Assembly: GCA_963710375.1 (NCBI GenBank)
Contig: CAVPZX010000004.1
Span: 96,001-160,000, forward strand
Source: Nitrospirota bacterium
GTDB lineage: Bacteria > Nitrospirota > Thermodesulfovibrionia > Thermodesulfovibrionales > Dissulfurispiraceae
Length of the DNA stretch: 64,000 bases
Reading direction: 5' to 3'
Shown here piece after piece: positions 26,694 to 36,779 of this stretch (within the stretch, counting starts at the first letter, position 1; each line of letters starts with the position of its first letter). The position numbers and the translations under genes are program-made. The notes below the pieces were generated by a model. The model was given only the letters and a program-made list of their open reading frames with translations. It searched no databases and was not told the origin of the DNA.

Positions 26694-26709
26694 AGCAAAA
26701 GTTATGCCA
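26694..26709 (-). promoter_or_regulatory. sigma54 (-24/-12) promoter for hemerythrin
   Basis: TGGCAT-N5-TTGCT, GG-N10-GC spacing exact. Confidence 0.65.
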
Positions 26710-26854
26710 GGTGGGACAAAGCATTATCTTGTTGATTTGCCGGTATTCTTAGCGACAATCGTTCACCGGTGCTATTGTAATAATTCCAATGCTTGTTGAT
26801 TTTCTATGTCTATATTGAATGGTTGAAATCTTTTATTTTTAACACCTTTTTTTA

Positions 26855-28196
26855 TTACAATACCAGGGTCCGTTTTTGCTGCCGGTATTCCATGAACTGT
26901 TTTTTCTTCTCTTCATACCCTTTCTTGCCCATCATTCCGTAGGTGAGATTTTTGCCCTCCTCCACACCCGGCTGGTTAAAGGGATTAATCCCGATCAGAA
27001 TTCCGGTGAGTGCCGTGACCAATTCAAAAAAATGGTACAACTGTCCAAGATGATAGGCATCGATCCTCGGCACTGTTATTGTGACGCTCGGACGTCCATT
27101 TTTGGAAAGGGCGATTTCAGAGGCCTCCTGCTCGGTTTTTATCAATTCCGTGAGAGTGTGCCCGGCCAAATAGTTAAGACCCTCCATATCCTCAAACACA
27201 TCGGCAACTTCAATATCTGTCCCGTAGTCTTCAACCGCCAGAAAAATAACAACTTTGTCCTGAGGTCCCTCCATCCACAATTGCAGCTGGGAATGCTGGT
27301 CCGTGGTCCCGGTGGAAGGATAAGGCGTAAGACCCTTACCGTCTTTGCCGAGGCTCTCAGCCCATAATTGGCAGAACCACTCTGAAAAAGCCTTTAAACG
27401 GTCAGCATAGGGCATCATAACTGTAATGTTTCTTTTCTTTGTCTGCTGCATAAGGTAAAGGCCGGAAGCTGCCAGGTATGCCGGGTTCTGCCATATGTCC
27501 GGATTCATGCACCTGGTGTGGATATCCCTGGCCCCATTCAGCATGGCATCGCAGTCGATACCTATTGTTTCTGCCGGCAGCAACCCTACCGCACTTAAAA
27601 CAGAATACCTCCCTCCTACGCCCGGAGGCACAGGGAGTGACCGGAGCCCATGATCGTTGACAATCTTTCTGAGATTACCCTTTGCTGGATCGGTGGTAAT
27701 GATAACATGCTCCTCTGGTTTCAGCGAACGGTCTTTAATCTGCTGATACAGTATCATAAAGGAGGCCATGGTCTCTGCAGTGCTCCCCGATTTTGTGATA
27801 ACGTTTATGACTGTGCGGCCCAAGTCCACAAGGTCGAGTATGTTCTTAAGAGTCATCGGGTCTACGTTATCGTAAATAAATACCCTCGGTCTGTCCCTGA
27901 AATTGTGGAAGGGTCGCAGTGCCTCAAGAATCGATCTTGGCCCCAGCGCTGACCCCCCTATGCCCAGCAGTATAAAATTATCGAACCGTCCCGCATAGCT
28001 GCCCATTTCCTTGATGGCAGACGCATTTTCAGCATACGCGGTGTCAGGCAGGGTGAGAAAAGCATTTTCAGGATACTGTTCCGTGTTGAGCAGGTCGTTA
28101 AGAGTCTGTGCGCTTCACATTATTGAAATCTTCTTTTGTAAGGCCGTTTTTGCCTATGGAGTCTTGAAGCAGGTTTGAAAGGTCGATTTTTATCAT
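26855..28196 (-). CDS. pgi: Glucose-6-phosphate isomerase; +1 frameshift near 28111 separates the N-terminus
   Basis: GIGGSALG, KSGSTAET, GGRYSV, QLWAESLGK, NQPGVEEGK; GGAGG-ATG at 28196 gives 446 aa after removing one base. Confidence 0.93.
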
Positions 28197-28201
28197 ATAC
28201 C

Positions 28202-28330
28202 TTACCTCCGTTTTTTCAGGGTTATCACTATGACTATAAGCGCAAGCACAACGAGCGTACCGATAAACTTGGCCAGTTTCACGGCAATCAGAAGAACAAG
28301 CACCGCTGCTATGAGCAGATAGTTACTCAA
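28202..28330 (-). CDS. Unlisted 42-aa hydrophobic small membrane protein
   Basis: AGGGGA RBS, TTG start, MSNYLLIAAVLVLLIAVKLAKFIGTLVVLALIVIVITLKKRR; fills the gap between atpI-like gene and pgi exactly. Confidence 0.6.
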   Translation of the reverse strand: MSNYLLIAAVLVLLIAVKLAKFIGTLVVLALIVIVITLKKRR

Positions 28331-28687
28331 TTATTCCCCTTTTTTAGCAGCAAGCAATCCTTCTTTTATAATAAGCACCATGACAACCGTGAAACCTGCA
28401 AGCAACCCCCATGGATTGATAAGTCTCAATATGGCCAGTATAAGCAAAATGGAAAAAATAATGAGCAGTTTGAATGTGCTAAGAAAAACCATCTTGGCCC
28501 GCGGCTTTTCAGTGCCGATAAGAGCTGTCACGCTCCAGGCAATTCCACTCAGGTTGCCTATTCCAACCAGTCCCCCTACAGCGATGCTGAAAACAAAACG
28601 CCATCCTGCAAAAAAAATAGAAATAAGGCAGAGCGGCGCAAGTATGATCAAGGCCTGTTTAGAAACTCCCTTTACTATTCCCGTCAT
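28331..28687 (-). CDS. atpI: ATP synthase protein I-like (4 TM)
   Basis: GGLVGIGN, KLLI, NPWGLLAGF pattern; follows AtpZ-like gene. Confidence 0.7.
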   Translation of the reverse strand: MTGIVKGVSKQALIILAPLCLISIFFAGWRFVFSIAVGGLVGIGNLSGIAWSVTALIGTEKPRAKMVFLSTFKLLIIFSILLILAILRLINPWGLLAGFTVVMVLIIKEGLLAAKKGE

Positions 28688-28913
28688 TGTCTGATTTGTC
28701 CACCTTTCTTGCAACCCTCAGCAGTTCCCTGAACCCGGAGATTATACCAATAACGAGAAAAATACATGTCAACCAGGGCGAAGTGCCGAACAAGCGGTCA
28801 AGCCCGTACCCTATCGCCAGGCCGGCAAAAGTTGCGGCAACAAGCTGGATGCCGACGCTGCTCGCGTCCAAAAGCTGGCCGAAAAGCGATTTTTCAGGTT
28901 TCTTATCTATCAC
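28659..28913 (-). CDS. AtpZ/AtpI family small membrane protein
   Basis: SSVGIQL...GYGLDRLFGTSPW...GIISGF. Confidence 0.85.
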   Translation of the reverse strand: MIDKKPEKSLFGQLLDASSVGIQLVAATFAGLAIGYGLDRLFGTSPWLTCIFLVIGIISGFRELLRVARKVDKSDNDGNSKGSF

Positions 28914-29118
28914 CAAAGCTGCCCCCGTTACAGTCCGCCACACGCGCGCAATTGGATAATATAAATTTCGTTCGTGAATTTGCAACTTGTGAAATTGCAA
29001 ATGCCCCCAAAATGCCCCTAGCTTCTTGACATTGCAAAGTTTATTGAAGTAGACTTTATCAATATAGGAAACGTGTTTCTGACATATCTCTCAAAAAAAT
29101 AATTATGAAGGGGCGACG

Positions 29119-29529
29119 ATGAAGAGGCGCGAGTTCTTCAGGTTATTAATGTATCTTTTAGGCTCAACCGTTTTTATCTCCGGTTTATATCCTCTCTTGA
29201 GATTTCTTGCCCCGCCCGGCAGCGAGGCAAACATAAAAAAACTGGTGCTGTCCAAAGCGGACGTGCCTCCCGGCAAAGCTGAAAGTATTGTTTTTAACAA
29301 TGTGCCGGCCATCGTAATTAATCGGCCGGAAAAAGGGTTCATTGTGCTTTCCAAGGTGTGTACTCATCTTGGATGCATAGTTGAATATGAAGGGGATAAG
29401 GACATAATGCTTTGTCCATGTCATGCGGGGACGTTTGATCTCGATGGACATGTTATATCAGGACCGCCACCGAAGCCGTTGCAGAGGCTGCCTTTCAGAA
29501 TCGAGGGCGAAACGATTGTTATAGGATAA
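29119..29529 (+). CDS. Rieske 2Fe-2S protein with Tat anchor
   Basis: KRREF, CTHLGC, CPCH, GPPPKPL. Confidence 0.93.
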   Translation: MKRREFFRLLMYLLGSTVFISGLYPLLRFLAPPGSEANIKKLVLSKADVPPGKAESIVFNNVPAIVINRPEKGFIVLSKVCTHLGCIVEYEGDKDIMLCPCHAGTFDLDGHVISGPPPKPLQRLPFRIEGETIVIG

Positions 29530-29534
29530 ATGGA

Positions 29535-30626
29535 ATGTGGAAGAAAATTGAAGATTGGCTCGAAGTAAGGATAGGACTTAATGACCTGGCGAGAACGCAC
29601 CTGACGGGATACAGGGTGCCGAAAAATATCAACCTGTTCTATACCATCGGTTTTGTTGCAATTATCGGTTATATAATCCAGGTGATTTCGGGCGTTTTTC
29701 TTCTTATTTATTATATTCCGCATCCTGATTATGCATTCGGCAGCGTCCAGAATATAATGAATAAAGTCCCATACGGCTGGCTGTTCAGGCAGATACATGT
29801 CGTGGGCGGCAATCTTCTGATTGCAGCTGTCTTTATTCATATGGTCACGGTATTTTTAATGGGAAACTATATGAGGCCTAGAGAGCTGACATGGGTTGGG
29901 GGAGGCCTTATGCTCGTTATAGTCTTTATATTCGGTCTCAGCGGATATCTGCTTCCCTGGTCTCAGCGGAGTTACTGGGCTACAACGGTTGTCACCTCGA
30001 TCCCGACAGCTTTTCCTGTTATAGGTGATGCAATAGCAAAAATACTTAAGGGCGGCGAACAGGTCTCCGGTATAACACTCAGCAGGTTTTTTGCGCTTCA
30101 TGTGGCAATATTGCCTCCTCTATTCCTGTCTCTTGCAGTGCTGCACATTTTTTTCATCAGGCGCATGGGCATTTCCGCAACGCCTTTCGGCATGTCAGAT
30201 GAAGAGAAGAGGCCGTTGACCGAATTCAGGAAAAAGATCAATCCGGACGGATATCCTTTTTACCCGGACTTTTTCCTGAAAATGATGTTTACTGTTATGG
30301 TATATTGCGCTTTGATGTTTTTTATAATTACTTTCTTGCCGACCATTTTCCTGCCTGTGGAGGCAAATACTCCCGCTGATCCCTTAAGGACACCTACGCA
30401 TGTTAAACCCGAATGGTATTTCCTTGCTCCATATGAGATGCTGAGGCTCATACCGAACAAATTTCTCGGCATAAGCATACAACTTATATTTATCGGTATA
30501 TTCCTCTTCTGGCCCTTCTTCGATAATCAGAAGGAAAAGAACATACTGAAAAGGCCGGCATTGCGCGGAGCGTTTCTCTTTTTTCTGGCCACGTGGATTG
30601 TTTTAACGTTTTTGGGGAGGTATTAA
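29535..30626 (+). CDS. Cytochrome b of a Rieske/cyt b complex
   Basis: RQIH, FIHM, GYLLPW, FFALH, VLHI heme b His; PEWY. Confidence 0.95.
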   Translation: MWKKIEDWLEVRIGLNDLARTHLTGYRVPKNINLFYTIGFVAIIGYIIQVISGVFLLIYYIPHPDYAFGSVQNIMNKVPYGWLFRQIHVVGGNLLIAAVFIHMVTVFLMGNYMRPRELTWVGGGLMLVIVFIFGLSGYLLPWSQRSYWATTVVTSIPTAFPVIGDAIAKILKGGEQVSGITLSRFFALHVAILPPLFLSLAVLHIFFIRRMGISATPFGMSDEEKRPLTEFRKKINPDGYPFYPDFFLKMMFTVMVYCALMFFIITFLPTIFLPVEANTPADPLRTPTHVKPEWYFLAPYEMLRLIPNKFLGISIQLIFIGIFLFWPFFDNQKEKNILKRPALRGAFLFFLATWIVLTFLGRY

Positions 30627-31477
30627 TGCGATACCTTTTATTATTAGTTACTGCAATCCTGATTTTTCCATCCATTGCTGTTGCAGATTATAAAGAGGTT
30701 TTTGAAAAAGAGTTTCTCTCTAAACCATGGGCTGGCGAACAACTTGAGGAAGATGCCTGTATCAGCTGTCATTCTTCGGATACCATGAAACAGCAATACA
30801 GAATGGTTGTCGAGGATTGGAAGGCGAGCTGGCATGCTCAGAACAGAATATCCTGTCACGATTGCCACGGCGGAGATCCCAAGGATGCAACCATGTCCAT
30901 GTCGCCACAGAGGGGTTTTGTTGGGGTGCCGAAGGCCGGTGAAGTCCCCGAATTCTGTGGAAAATGCCATATAGCCATATTAAAGAACTATCTCGAGAGC
31001 GGCCATGGAAAAGCCCTTAAATCTTCGGGCAAAGGACCTAACTGCGTTACTTGCCACGGCTCTCATAAAATCGGGAAGGCGAGCATAGATATCATCAATG
31101 AGCAGACTTGCACAAAGTGCCATTCCTATGACAGGGCCCGGAGGATGAAACAAGCGCTCTTTGTTGTCGAAAAGAAGATGGGAGAAATGGAGAGAGATAT
31201 CAATACCCTGAAGGAAGAGGGCATTTTTGTCGATGAGAAAGAACGCACACTTTTCAGCACCCAGGCAGAATTCCGCGCCCTTTTCCATACTGTGGATGTA
31301 TCTCTTGTTCAACAAAGGACAGGCGAGTTTACAAAAAGGTTGGGCATTATCGATAAAGAAATGCAGGACATCTTTCGTGAACTACGGTTCAGGAAAAACT
31401 TCTCCGCATTCCTCATGCTGCTTTTCACAGGGATGGGAGTAGTGATACTTGTGTACTCAAAATTGCCTAAGGAATAG
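30626..31477 (+). CDS. Pentaheme cytochrome c with C-terminal membrane anchor
   Basis: Signal peptide, 5 CxxCH, coiled coil, terminal TM. Confidence 0.9.
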   Translation: MRYLLLLVTAILIFPSIAVADYKEVFEKEFLSKPWAGEQLEEDACISCHSSDTMKQQYRMVVEDWKASWHAQNRISCHDCHGGDPKDATMSMSPQRGFVGVPKAGEVPEFCGKCHIAILKNYLESGHGKALKSSGKGPNCVTCHGSHKIGKASIDIINEQTCTKCHSYDRARRMKQALFVVEKKMGEMERDINTLKEEGIFVDEKERTLFSTQAEFRALFHTVDVSLVQQRTGEFTKRLGIIDKEMQDIFRELRFRKNFSAFLMLLFTGMGVVILVYSKLPKE

Positions 31478-31526
31478 AACCAGACCTGAACGTGTCCTAG
31501 CCTGCCGGGTGAGAGCGGGACGATCT

Positions 31527-33191
31527 TTATTTCTCCAGATATTTCCCTAATACTTTCATGATGTCACCCTCTGAAATTATGCCGACCGGATGTCCGCTGC
31601 TGTCAACGATAATCACCCGTCTTGTTTTCTTTTGGGTTATAATCTGGTTCAGGCTCTGCAAAGTGGTCTCTTCAAGGGCTGTGACAGCAGGAGAGTTCAT
31701 GATATCGGCTGCAGTGATGCCTGAGGCTGGGTACTGATCGCCTTTTGTATCCGGCATGACGGGCCCTCCCAACTTTTCTGCAAAATCAGGTTCGTGGCGC
31801 ATCACGTTCAAGATAATATCAGACTCCGAAACTACGCCTATCACTTTGTTATCCCTGTCCACAACTGGAACAGCGCTTATATTTCTGGAAGTGAGCAGTT
31901 TACTGACCTCCTCTATGGTGGTTTCCGGGGCAACTGTTACAAGTTTTTTGGTCATTATATGGCTGGCAGGTACTCCCTCTTTAGTGATTCCAAACCTGAG
32001 CCTGCCGGTATATACAGGGATGGCAAACTTCAGCAGTGCGGTATAGATCAGCGCTCCCGTTGCCCATATTCCCATAGCTACCAGTATCTCATGCCTTGTT
32101 GGCGCGTATTCATAAATTTCCCCTAAGGTATCCGGAACGAATCCCGGGACTACAAGCCCCATGCCCTTTTCTATATATACGCCGATTATTATAAAAATGC
32201 AGCTAACGTTAAGCGTCAGAAAGTTTTCACGTGTCCTGGGAAAAAGGAACATGAAGAATGCAGAGATATTCAGAGCAGTCGCAAACCATATCCACGGGAC
32301 AAGAGCTGCCTTTCCGTGGAGCCCCAAATAGAGATACCGGATGGAATAGGTATCTATACTGCCTGAATAAAACTCCTTGAATACTTCTGCGCCGAGAAAG
32401 AACAGGTTAAGACCCATTGCATAAGCCACCAACTCGGCAATCTTGAAAAGGGCACGGTTTTCTATCTCGACATCAGGGAACTTCCTGATAATCTGAAAAA
32501 GAATAATCATGAGGCAAGGGCCCGAACAGAATGCAGAAGCAAGGAACCGTGGCGCAAGAATTGAAGCATTCCAAAAAGGCCTTGCAGACAGGCCGTTATA
32601 GAGGAATGCCGTTACCGTATGGATGCTCACCGCCCACGGAATAGAGAGCAGAATTAATGGCCCGATAACAGACATTTTGTATTCTTTCCCTATGGAGAGC
32701 CTGTAGAGGACATAAAATGCAATAATAGTGTTGATGGCAAGATAGCCGTTCAATACCACGACATCCCAGGCCAGTAGGGATGCCGGGAAATGCATCTTAC
32801 CGATTATCGGCAATATGTGCCAAGCCCTGAGAGGCTGTCCCATATCCGCCATGATAAAAAGTAAGCACATGGTAATAGCAGTTATCGCGAGCAGTTCTCC
32901 GAACAGTACAATTTCCTTGATCGGTTTGAAGTGGTACAAATAAGCAGGGACAACAAGCAAGACCGCTGCTGCCGCAACCCCTACGAGGTATGTAAAATTC
33001 GAGATGTAAAATCCCCATGAGACCTGGTCTCTCATGGCTGTTGTTATAAGTCCCCTATTGAATTGATCAACGTATGCGCTTGCTCCAAGGAGAACCAGAA
33101 AAAGCAGGAATCCGACCCAGCAGTAATACTTTTTACTTCCTATAAAAACTTCTCTCAGGGCGGTGAAAAAATTTTTTATAAGATAGGTCAT
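31527..33191 (-). CDS. NrfD/DsrP-like quinone-interacting membrane subunit fused to a CBS-domain pair
   Basis: VSWGFYISNF, ADMGQP, IHTVTAF, APRFLASAF; C-terminal IMTK..AVPVVD..GVVSESD / ADIM..GIISEGD. Confidence 0.88.
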   Translation of the reverse strand: MTYLIKNFFTALREVFIGSKKYYCWVGFLLFLVLLGASAYVDQFNRGLITTAMRDQVSWGFYISNFTYLVGVAAAAVLLVVPAYLYHFKPIKEIVLFGELLAITAITMCLLFIMADMGQPLRAWHILPIIGKMHFPASLLAWDVVVLNGYLAINTIIAFYVLYRLSIGKEYKMSVIGPLILLSIPWAVSIHTVTAFLYNGLSARPFWNASILAPRFLASAFCSGPCLMIILFQIIRKFPDVEIENRALFKIAELVAYAMGLNLFFLGAEVFKEFYSGSIDTYSIRYLYLGLHGKAALVPWIWFATALNISAFFMFLFPRTRENFLTLNVSCIFIIIGVYIEKGMGLVVPGFVPDTLGEIYEYAPTRHEILVAMGIWATGALIYTALLKFAIPVYTGRLRFGITKEGVPASHIMTKKLVTVAPETTIEEVSKLLTSRNISAVPVVDRDNKVIGVVSESDIILNVMRHEPDFAEKLGGPVMPDTKGDQYPASGITAADIMNSPAVTALEETTLQSLNQIITQKKTRRVIIVDSSGHPVGIISEGDIMKVLGKYLEK

Positions 33192-33204
33192 AGCGCCATG
33201 TCTC

Positions 33205-34101
33205 CTACACTCCGTATGCAAAAAAGTAGTAAAACTTGGGGTTTGTGTTCAGATCCTCTTTGAGTCTGAACACCCTCTTGTGTTCAATGGCATACCTGAT
33301 TTCGCTGTCCGGATCGAGAAGATTCCCGAACTTCCGCGCACCCACGGGGCATGCCTCTACGCAAGCAGGATATCGGCCATTCCTAGTACGCTGAATACAG
33401 AAGGTGCATTTCTCCACGACTCCTTTATAGCGCGGCCGGTTTCCGAGATAGTGCGTCTTCGGATTTATCGTTTCAGGCTTTCTGTTCGGCTCTGCCCAGT
33501 TGAAATGTCTCGCCCCATAAGGGCAGGCCGCCATGCAATACCTGCAACCTATACACCAGTTATAATCTACCACCACAATGCCATCGGGCTCCTTCCATGT
33601 GGCCTGTGTAGGGCACGACCTAACACAGGGAGGATCCTCGCATTGCTGACACTGCACAGGCATATAAAAATATTCCGGTTCGGGGACCAGCGGAGGATTG
33701 TAGTACTTCTCTGATTCCTCGAGATCTACCCATTTTTCACCTTTTTTAAACCGAAGCACTGTTATCCAGTGTATCTGGGGATCTATAGACTGATTATTTT
33801 CGTCAACACATGCGTATTCACATCTTCTGCATCCAATGCACCGTGACAGATCAAGGCCATACCCGAATAAAACCCCCGGCATAGGGTTTTCAATGCCGAC
33901 TTTGATCTCTTTTTTATATTTCTGCTCATATTCTTTTTCCAGGCGCTGAATCACTTTCTTCTTCTCGGCATCATTCATTTCTATAAAGTGCTTCTGGAAA
34001 AACACCTCCCAGAAAGAGGCATCGGCTTTATTGAGAGGAAGCATAGTGCCGGCGATTCCGGCAGCAGCCCCTTTCAAAAAGGTCCTCCGGTTTATATTCA
34101 T
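33205..34101 (-). CDS. Tat-exported 4Fe-4S dicluster protein (NrfC/DsrO-like)
   Basis: NRRTFLK; CIGCRRCEYAC, CQQC..PCVRSCP, CIGCRYCMAACP, CTFC..ACVEACP. Confidence 0.9.
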   Translation of the reverse strand: MNINRRTFLKGAAAGIAGTMLPLNKADASFWEVFFQKHFIEMNDAEKKKVIQRLEKEYEQKYKKEIKVGIENPMPGVLFGYGLDLSRCIGCRRCEYACVDENNQSIDPQIHWITVLRFKKGEKWVDLEESEKYYNPPLVPEPEYFYMPVQCQQCEDPPCVRSCPTQATWKEPDGIVVVDYNWCIGCRYCMAACPYGARHFNWAEPNRKPETINPKTHYLGNRPRYKGVVEKCTFCIQRTRNGRYPACVEACPVGARKFGNLLDPDSEIRYAIEHKRVFRLKEDLNTNPKFYYFFAYGV

Positions 34102-34150
34102 TTCTCTTTTCTTTCCTCTTATTTTTTTCATAGGCGCCCCATTAATCTCT

Positions 34151-34666
34151 CTATCTTATGTCCGCCGGCCTTACCGGAGGCGGTAAGGGTTTGATAGGTT
34201 TAAACCGCGGTTCATGCGGCCAATGGCAGTGGACGCATAATCTGTACTGTTTCTCTCCATTCCACATCCCTGTTCTCTTTCCGTGCAGTCCTGCCTTCCA
34301 ATCGCGCAGTATTGTACCGTGGCATTGGCCGCAAAGGATGTAAGATTCATCAAAACTTACCAATTTGCCGTTTGCAAGCCTTAACTTATCCCTGTTATCA
34401 GGATTATGACAGTCAAAGCACCATCCACCAGGCATATGTTTCAGCACAATGTCCTGGTGCATTTCGAGTTTCCTCGGCGTCCTGTTGGCAGGCATATCCT
34501 TGTGACATTGTGAGCACGGGAATATCCCCGGCGAAAAAGGCGGAGGAGGCACCAGGAACTTTTTTGGGATATCCTGTTCAGAGGACTGAACAAAAGAAGG
34601 ATGGAAAAGGATTAAAAGGAACAGACCTGCCAGGGAAATTAAAACTCTCTTTTTGTGTTTTTCCAT
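34151..34666 (-). CDS. Tetraheme cytochrome c
   Basis: Signal/anchor plus 4 CxxCH. Confidence 0.88.
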   Translation of the reverse strand: MEKHKKRVLISLAGLFLLILFHPSFVQSSEQDIPKKFLVPPPPFSPGIFPCSQCHKDMPANRTPRKLEMHQDIVLKHMPGGWCFDCHNPDNRDKLRLANGKLVSFDESYILCGQCHGTILRDWKAGLHGKRTGMWNGEKQYRLCVHCHWPHEPRFKPIKPLPPPVRPADIR

Positions 34667-34727
34667 CCTCAGCCTTTAAGCACGACTTTGATTATAATAA
34701 ACTATGCGTCAAAGACATATCAAGCAT

Positions 34728-35981
34728 TCAATGCGATTCCTTGTAACCGAAGATGGGGAATATATGACTCAATAACCAGAAAATCACAAAGGGCGTAATA
34801 GCGACGCTGATAGCTCCGAAAAGGCCTTCCTTAAAGGTCTCCCAACTGTGCGGCATTATCGGCATTTCGTAATGCATGAATCCCATAAAAGTCAAAGAGA
34901 ATGCCTGCCCTCCAATGACAACATTATACCTCATCATGAATACTCCGAAGAGCACCAGCATTACACTGAGCACCGTTCTTCTGAGCGTCAGTCTTGGCAG
35001 CAGTAAGAGAATAAACGGCACAAGGTTCCCGAGCCCGTACTGCAGAATGAATATATTAGTAAAGTCCTTTCCATAAATAACGGTCCTTAGTACATCCCAT
35101 GATTTGACAGCGGTATATCCCCTGAAGATAAGGTCCAGCAGTTCAAGCGTTATGGCCAATATCAGGAAAAGCAGCAGGTATTTCGCGGTCATCTGTATCA
35201 CGTGTATCTCGACGCTCTTTATCTCCTCCCTGGTCTGATACACCGGAAGTGTGGACTTCTTGCGCGACACAAACAGTTTTCTCAGTTCCATTGTCACTAT
35301 ATAGGTGAGCATGCAAAGCGCAATCCCCGACACAATGGCAGACATGATGAATATGACAGGCATGAGCGGCGTCATCCACAGAGCGTTTGCTTTAACAGAG
35401 CCGAAAATGAATCCGGCATACCCATGAAGGAAACAGGCAACGGGAATGCCTGTAGATGCAAGCACCTTAATGGCTTTTTCATCCTTTTTCAGGGACTCTT
35501 CGCTTATATCGTGTACTCCCAGGGTCAGTGTCCGGAATATTAAATACATGAGCCATTCATACTTGCTCTTATTCTGTTTCCCCCTTAGGGCCATGGACGA
35601 CTCTACAAAATGCTTCCTGTATAAAAACCATAGCTCCGATGCAACGATGGACCCGTAAGTCATGAACACAATACCGAAAGCGGCAATTGCTGAAGTAAAA
35701 TGCGGGGTCATCATGACATTAATGCCCCGCAGCGGCTGCTGGAGATGCAAAAGAAGCGGCATCATCGCCACAGGAAGAAGGGCAAAGGAAAAAACGAGCG
35801 CAAACCTGGCGATGTCCTTTAATTGTTTTACCCCGAAGACATGGTAGAGCGACGAAAGGACAAAGGCCCCGGCAACGAGCCCTGTCATAAAGGGATACAT
35901 AACGATCTGAATGCTCCAATAAATATACTCATTCGGAAGGCAAAACAACTCTTTTAATGTCCAGGCTTCTCCGTGTACCAT
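34728..35981 (-). CDS. NrfD/PsrC family membrane anchor (CbcU-like)
   Basis: WSIQIVMYPFMTGLVAG, LHLQQPLR, LHGYAGFIFG, MRYNVVIGGQ. Confidence 0.88.
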   Translation of the reverse strand: MVHGEAWTLKELFCLPNEYIYWSIQIVMYPFMTGLVAGAFVLSSLYHVFGVKQLKDIARFALVFSFALLPVAMMPLLLHLQQPLRGINVMMTPHFTSAIAAFGIVFMTYGSIVASELWFLYRKHFVESSMALRGKQNKSKYEWLMYLIFRTLTLGVHDISEESLKKDEKAIKVLASTGIPVACFLHGYAGFIFGSVKANALWMTPLMPVIFIMSAIVSGIALCMLTYIVTMELRKLFVSRKKSTLPVYQTREEIKSVEIHVIQMTAKYLLLFLILAITLELLDLIFRGYTAVKSWDVLRTVIYGKDFTNIFILQYGLGNLVPFILLLLPRLTLRRTVLSVMLVLFGVFMMRYNVVIGGQAFSLTFMGFMHYEMPIMPHSWETFKEGLFGAISVAITPFVIFWLLSHIFPIFGYKESH

Positions 35982-35983
35982 GG

Positions 35984-36769
35984 TTATCTTACCTCCTCAT
36001 CCAGACCTATGTAATAGACCTGAGGTTTAGTTCCGTATTCGCTCTTCAGTATGCTGACCCTCTCAGTCGAGATTATTCTTGCAACGGGGTCATTGGGGTC
36101 GAGGATGTTTCCGATCATCCTGGCCCCGAAAGGACATGCCTGCACGCATGCGGTTTTCAATCCCTTTGTTATCCTGTGATAGCAGAAATTGCATTTCTCG
36201 GCAGTATGGTATACAGGGTGGAAAAACCTGACCCCATACGGGCATGCCATAATACAGTAGCCGCAGCCTATACACCATGTCCTGTCCACCAGAACGACAC
36301 CGTCAGGTGCCTGATATGTGGCCCCTACCGGGCATACCTGAACGCAGGGCGGGTTTTCACACTGGTTGCAGAGTTTGGGTACAAAGTATGCTTTCTTTAT
36401 GTCCTCATTCTTGATGTCCTTATAGTTGCCTAATCCGAGATCGATCTTATTTGTTTCAAAACCGTCCCGTGCTCCTTTGGGACTATCGGCGAATATCTTG
36501 CCATCCTTTGTAAGAATATATCTTTCAACCCAGGTCCTCGTTACATTGGCATCATATGGGATCTCATTTTCAGTTTTGCACGCCTTCACACATAATCCGC
36601 AGCCGACACATTTGTATGTATCAACGACGAACACCCAGCGTACTTTACCCGGGGCTGATATATCCGCAAGGAGTTTTTTGGGATTTAATATTTCGAAAGC
36701 CGCTAGAGGCAAAGCCAGTCCTGCGGCCCCTTTTATTGCATATTTCAGAAGATCTCTTCTCGTTATCAC
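35984..36769 (-). CDS. Tat-exported 4Fe-4S dicluster protein (NrfC/CbcT-like)
   Basis: TRRDLLK; four Fe-S Cys clusters; YGTKPQVYY. Confidence 0.9.
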   Translation of the reverse strand: MITRRDLLKYAIKGAAGLALPLAAFEILNPKKLLADISAPGKVRWVFVVDTYKCVGCGLCVKACKTENEIPYDANVTRTWVERYILTKDGKIFADSPKGARDGFETNKIDLGLGNYKDIKNEDIKKAYFVPKLCNQCENPPCVQVCPVGATYQAPDGVVLVDRTWCIGCGYCIMACPYGVRFFHPVYHTAEKCNFCYHRITKGLKTACVQACPFGARMIGNILDPNDPVARIISTERVSILKSEYGTKPQVYYIGLDEEVR

Positions 36770-36779
36770 TTCAATCCTC

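Noticed and set aside
28974..29000. Direct repeat GTGAA(T/A)TTGCAA between divergent atpZ-like and Rieske genes
   Set aside because: Only two copies, no matching known motif; insufficient support
31527..34666. Calling the module dsrJOP
   Set aside because: No dsrMK nearby and the cytochrome has four hemes rather than the DsrJ triheme pattern
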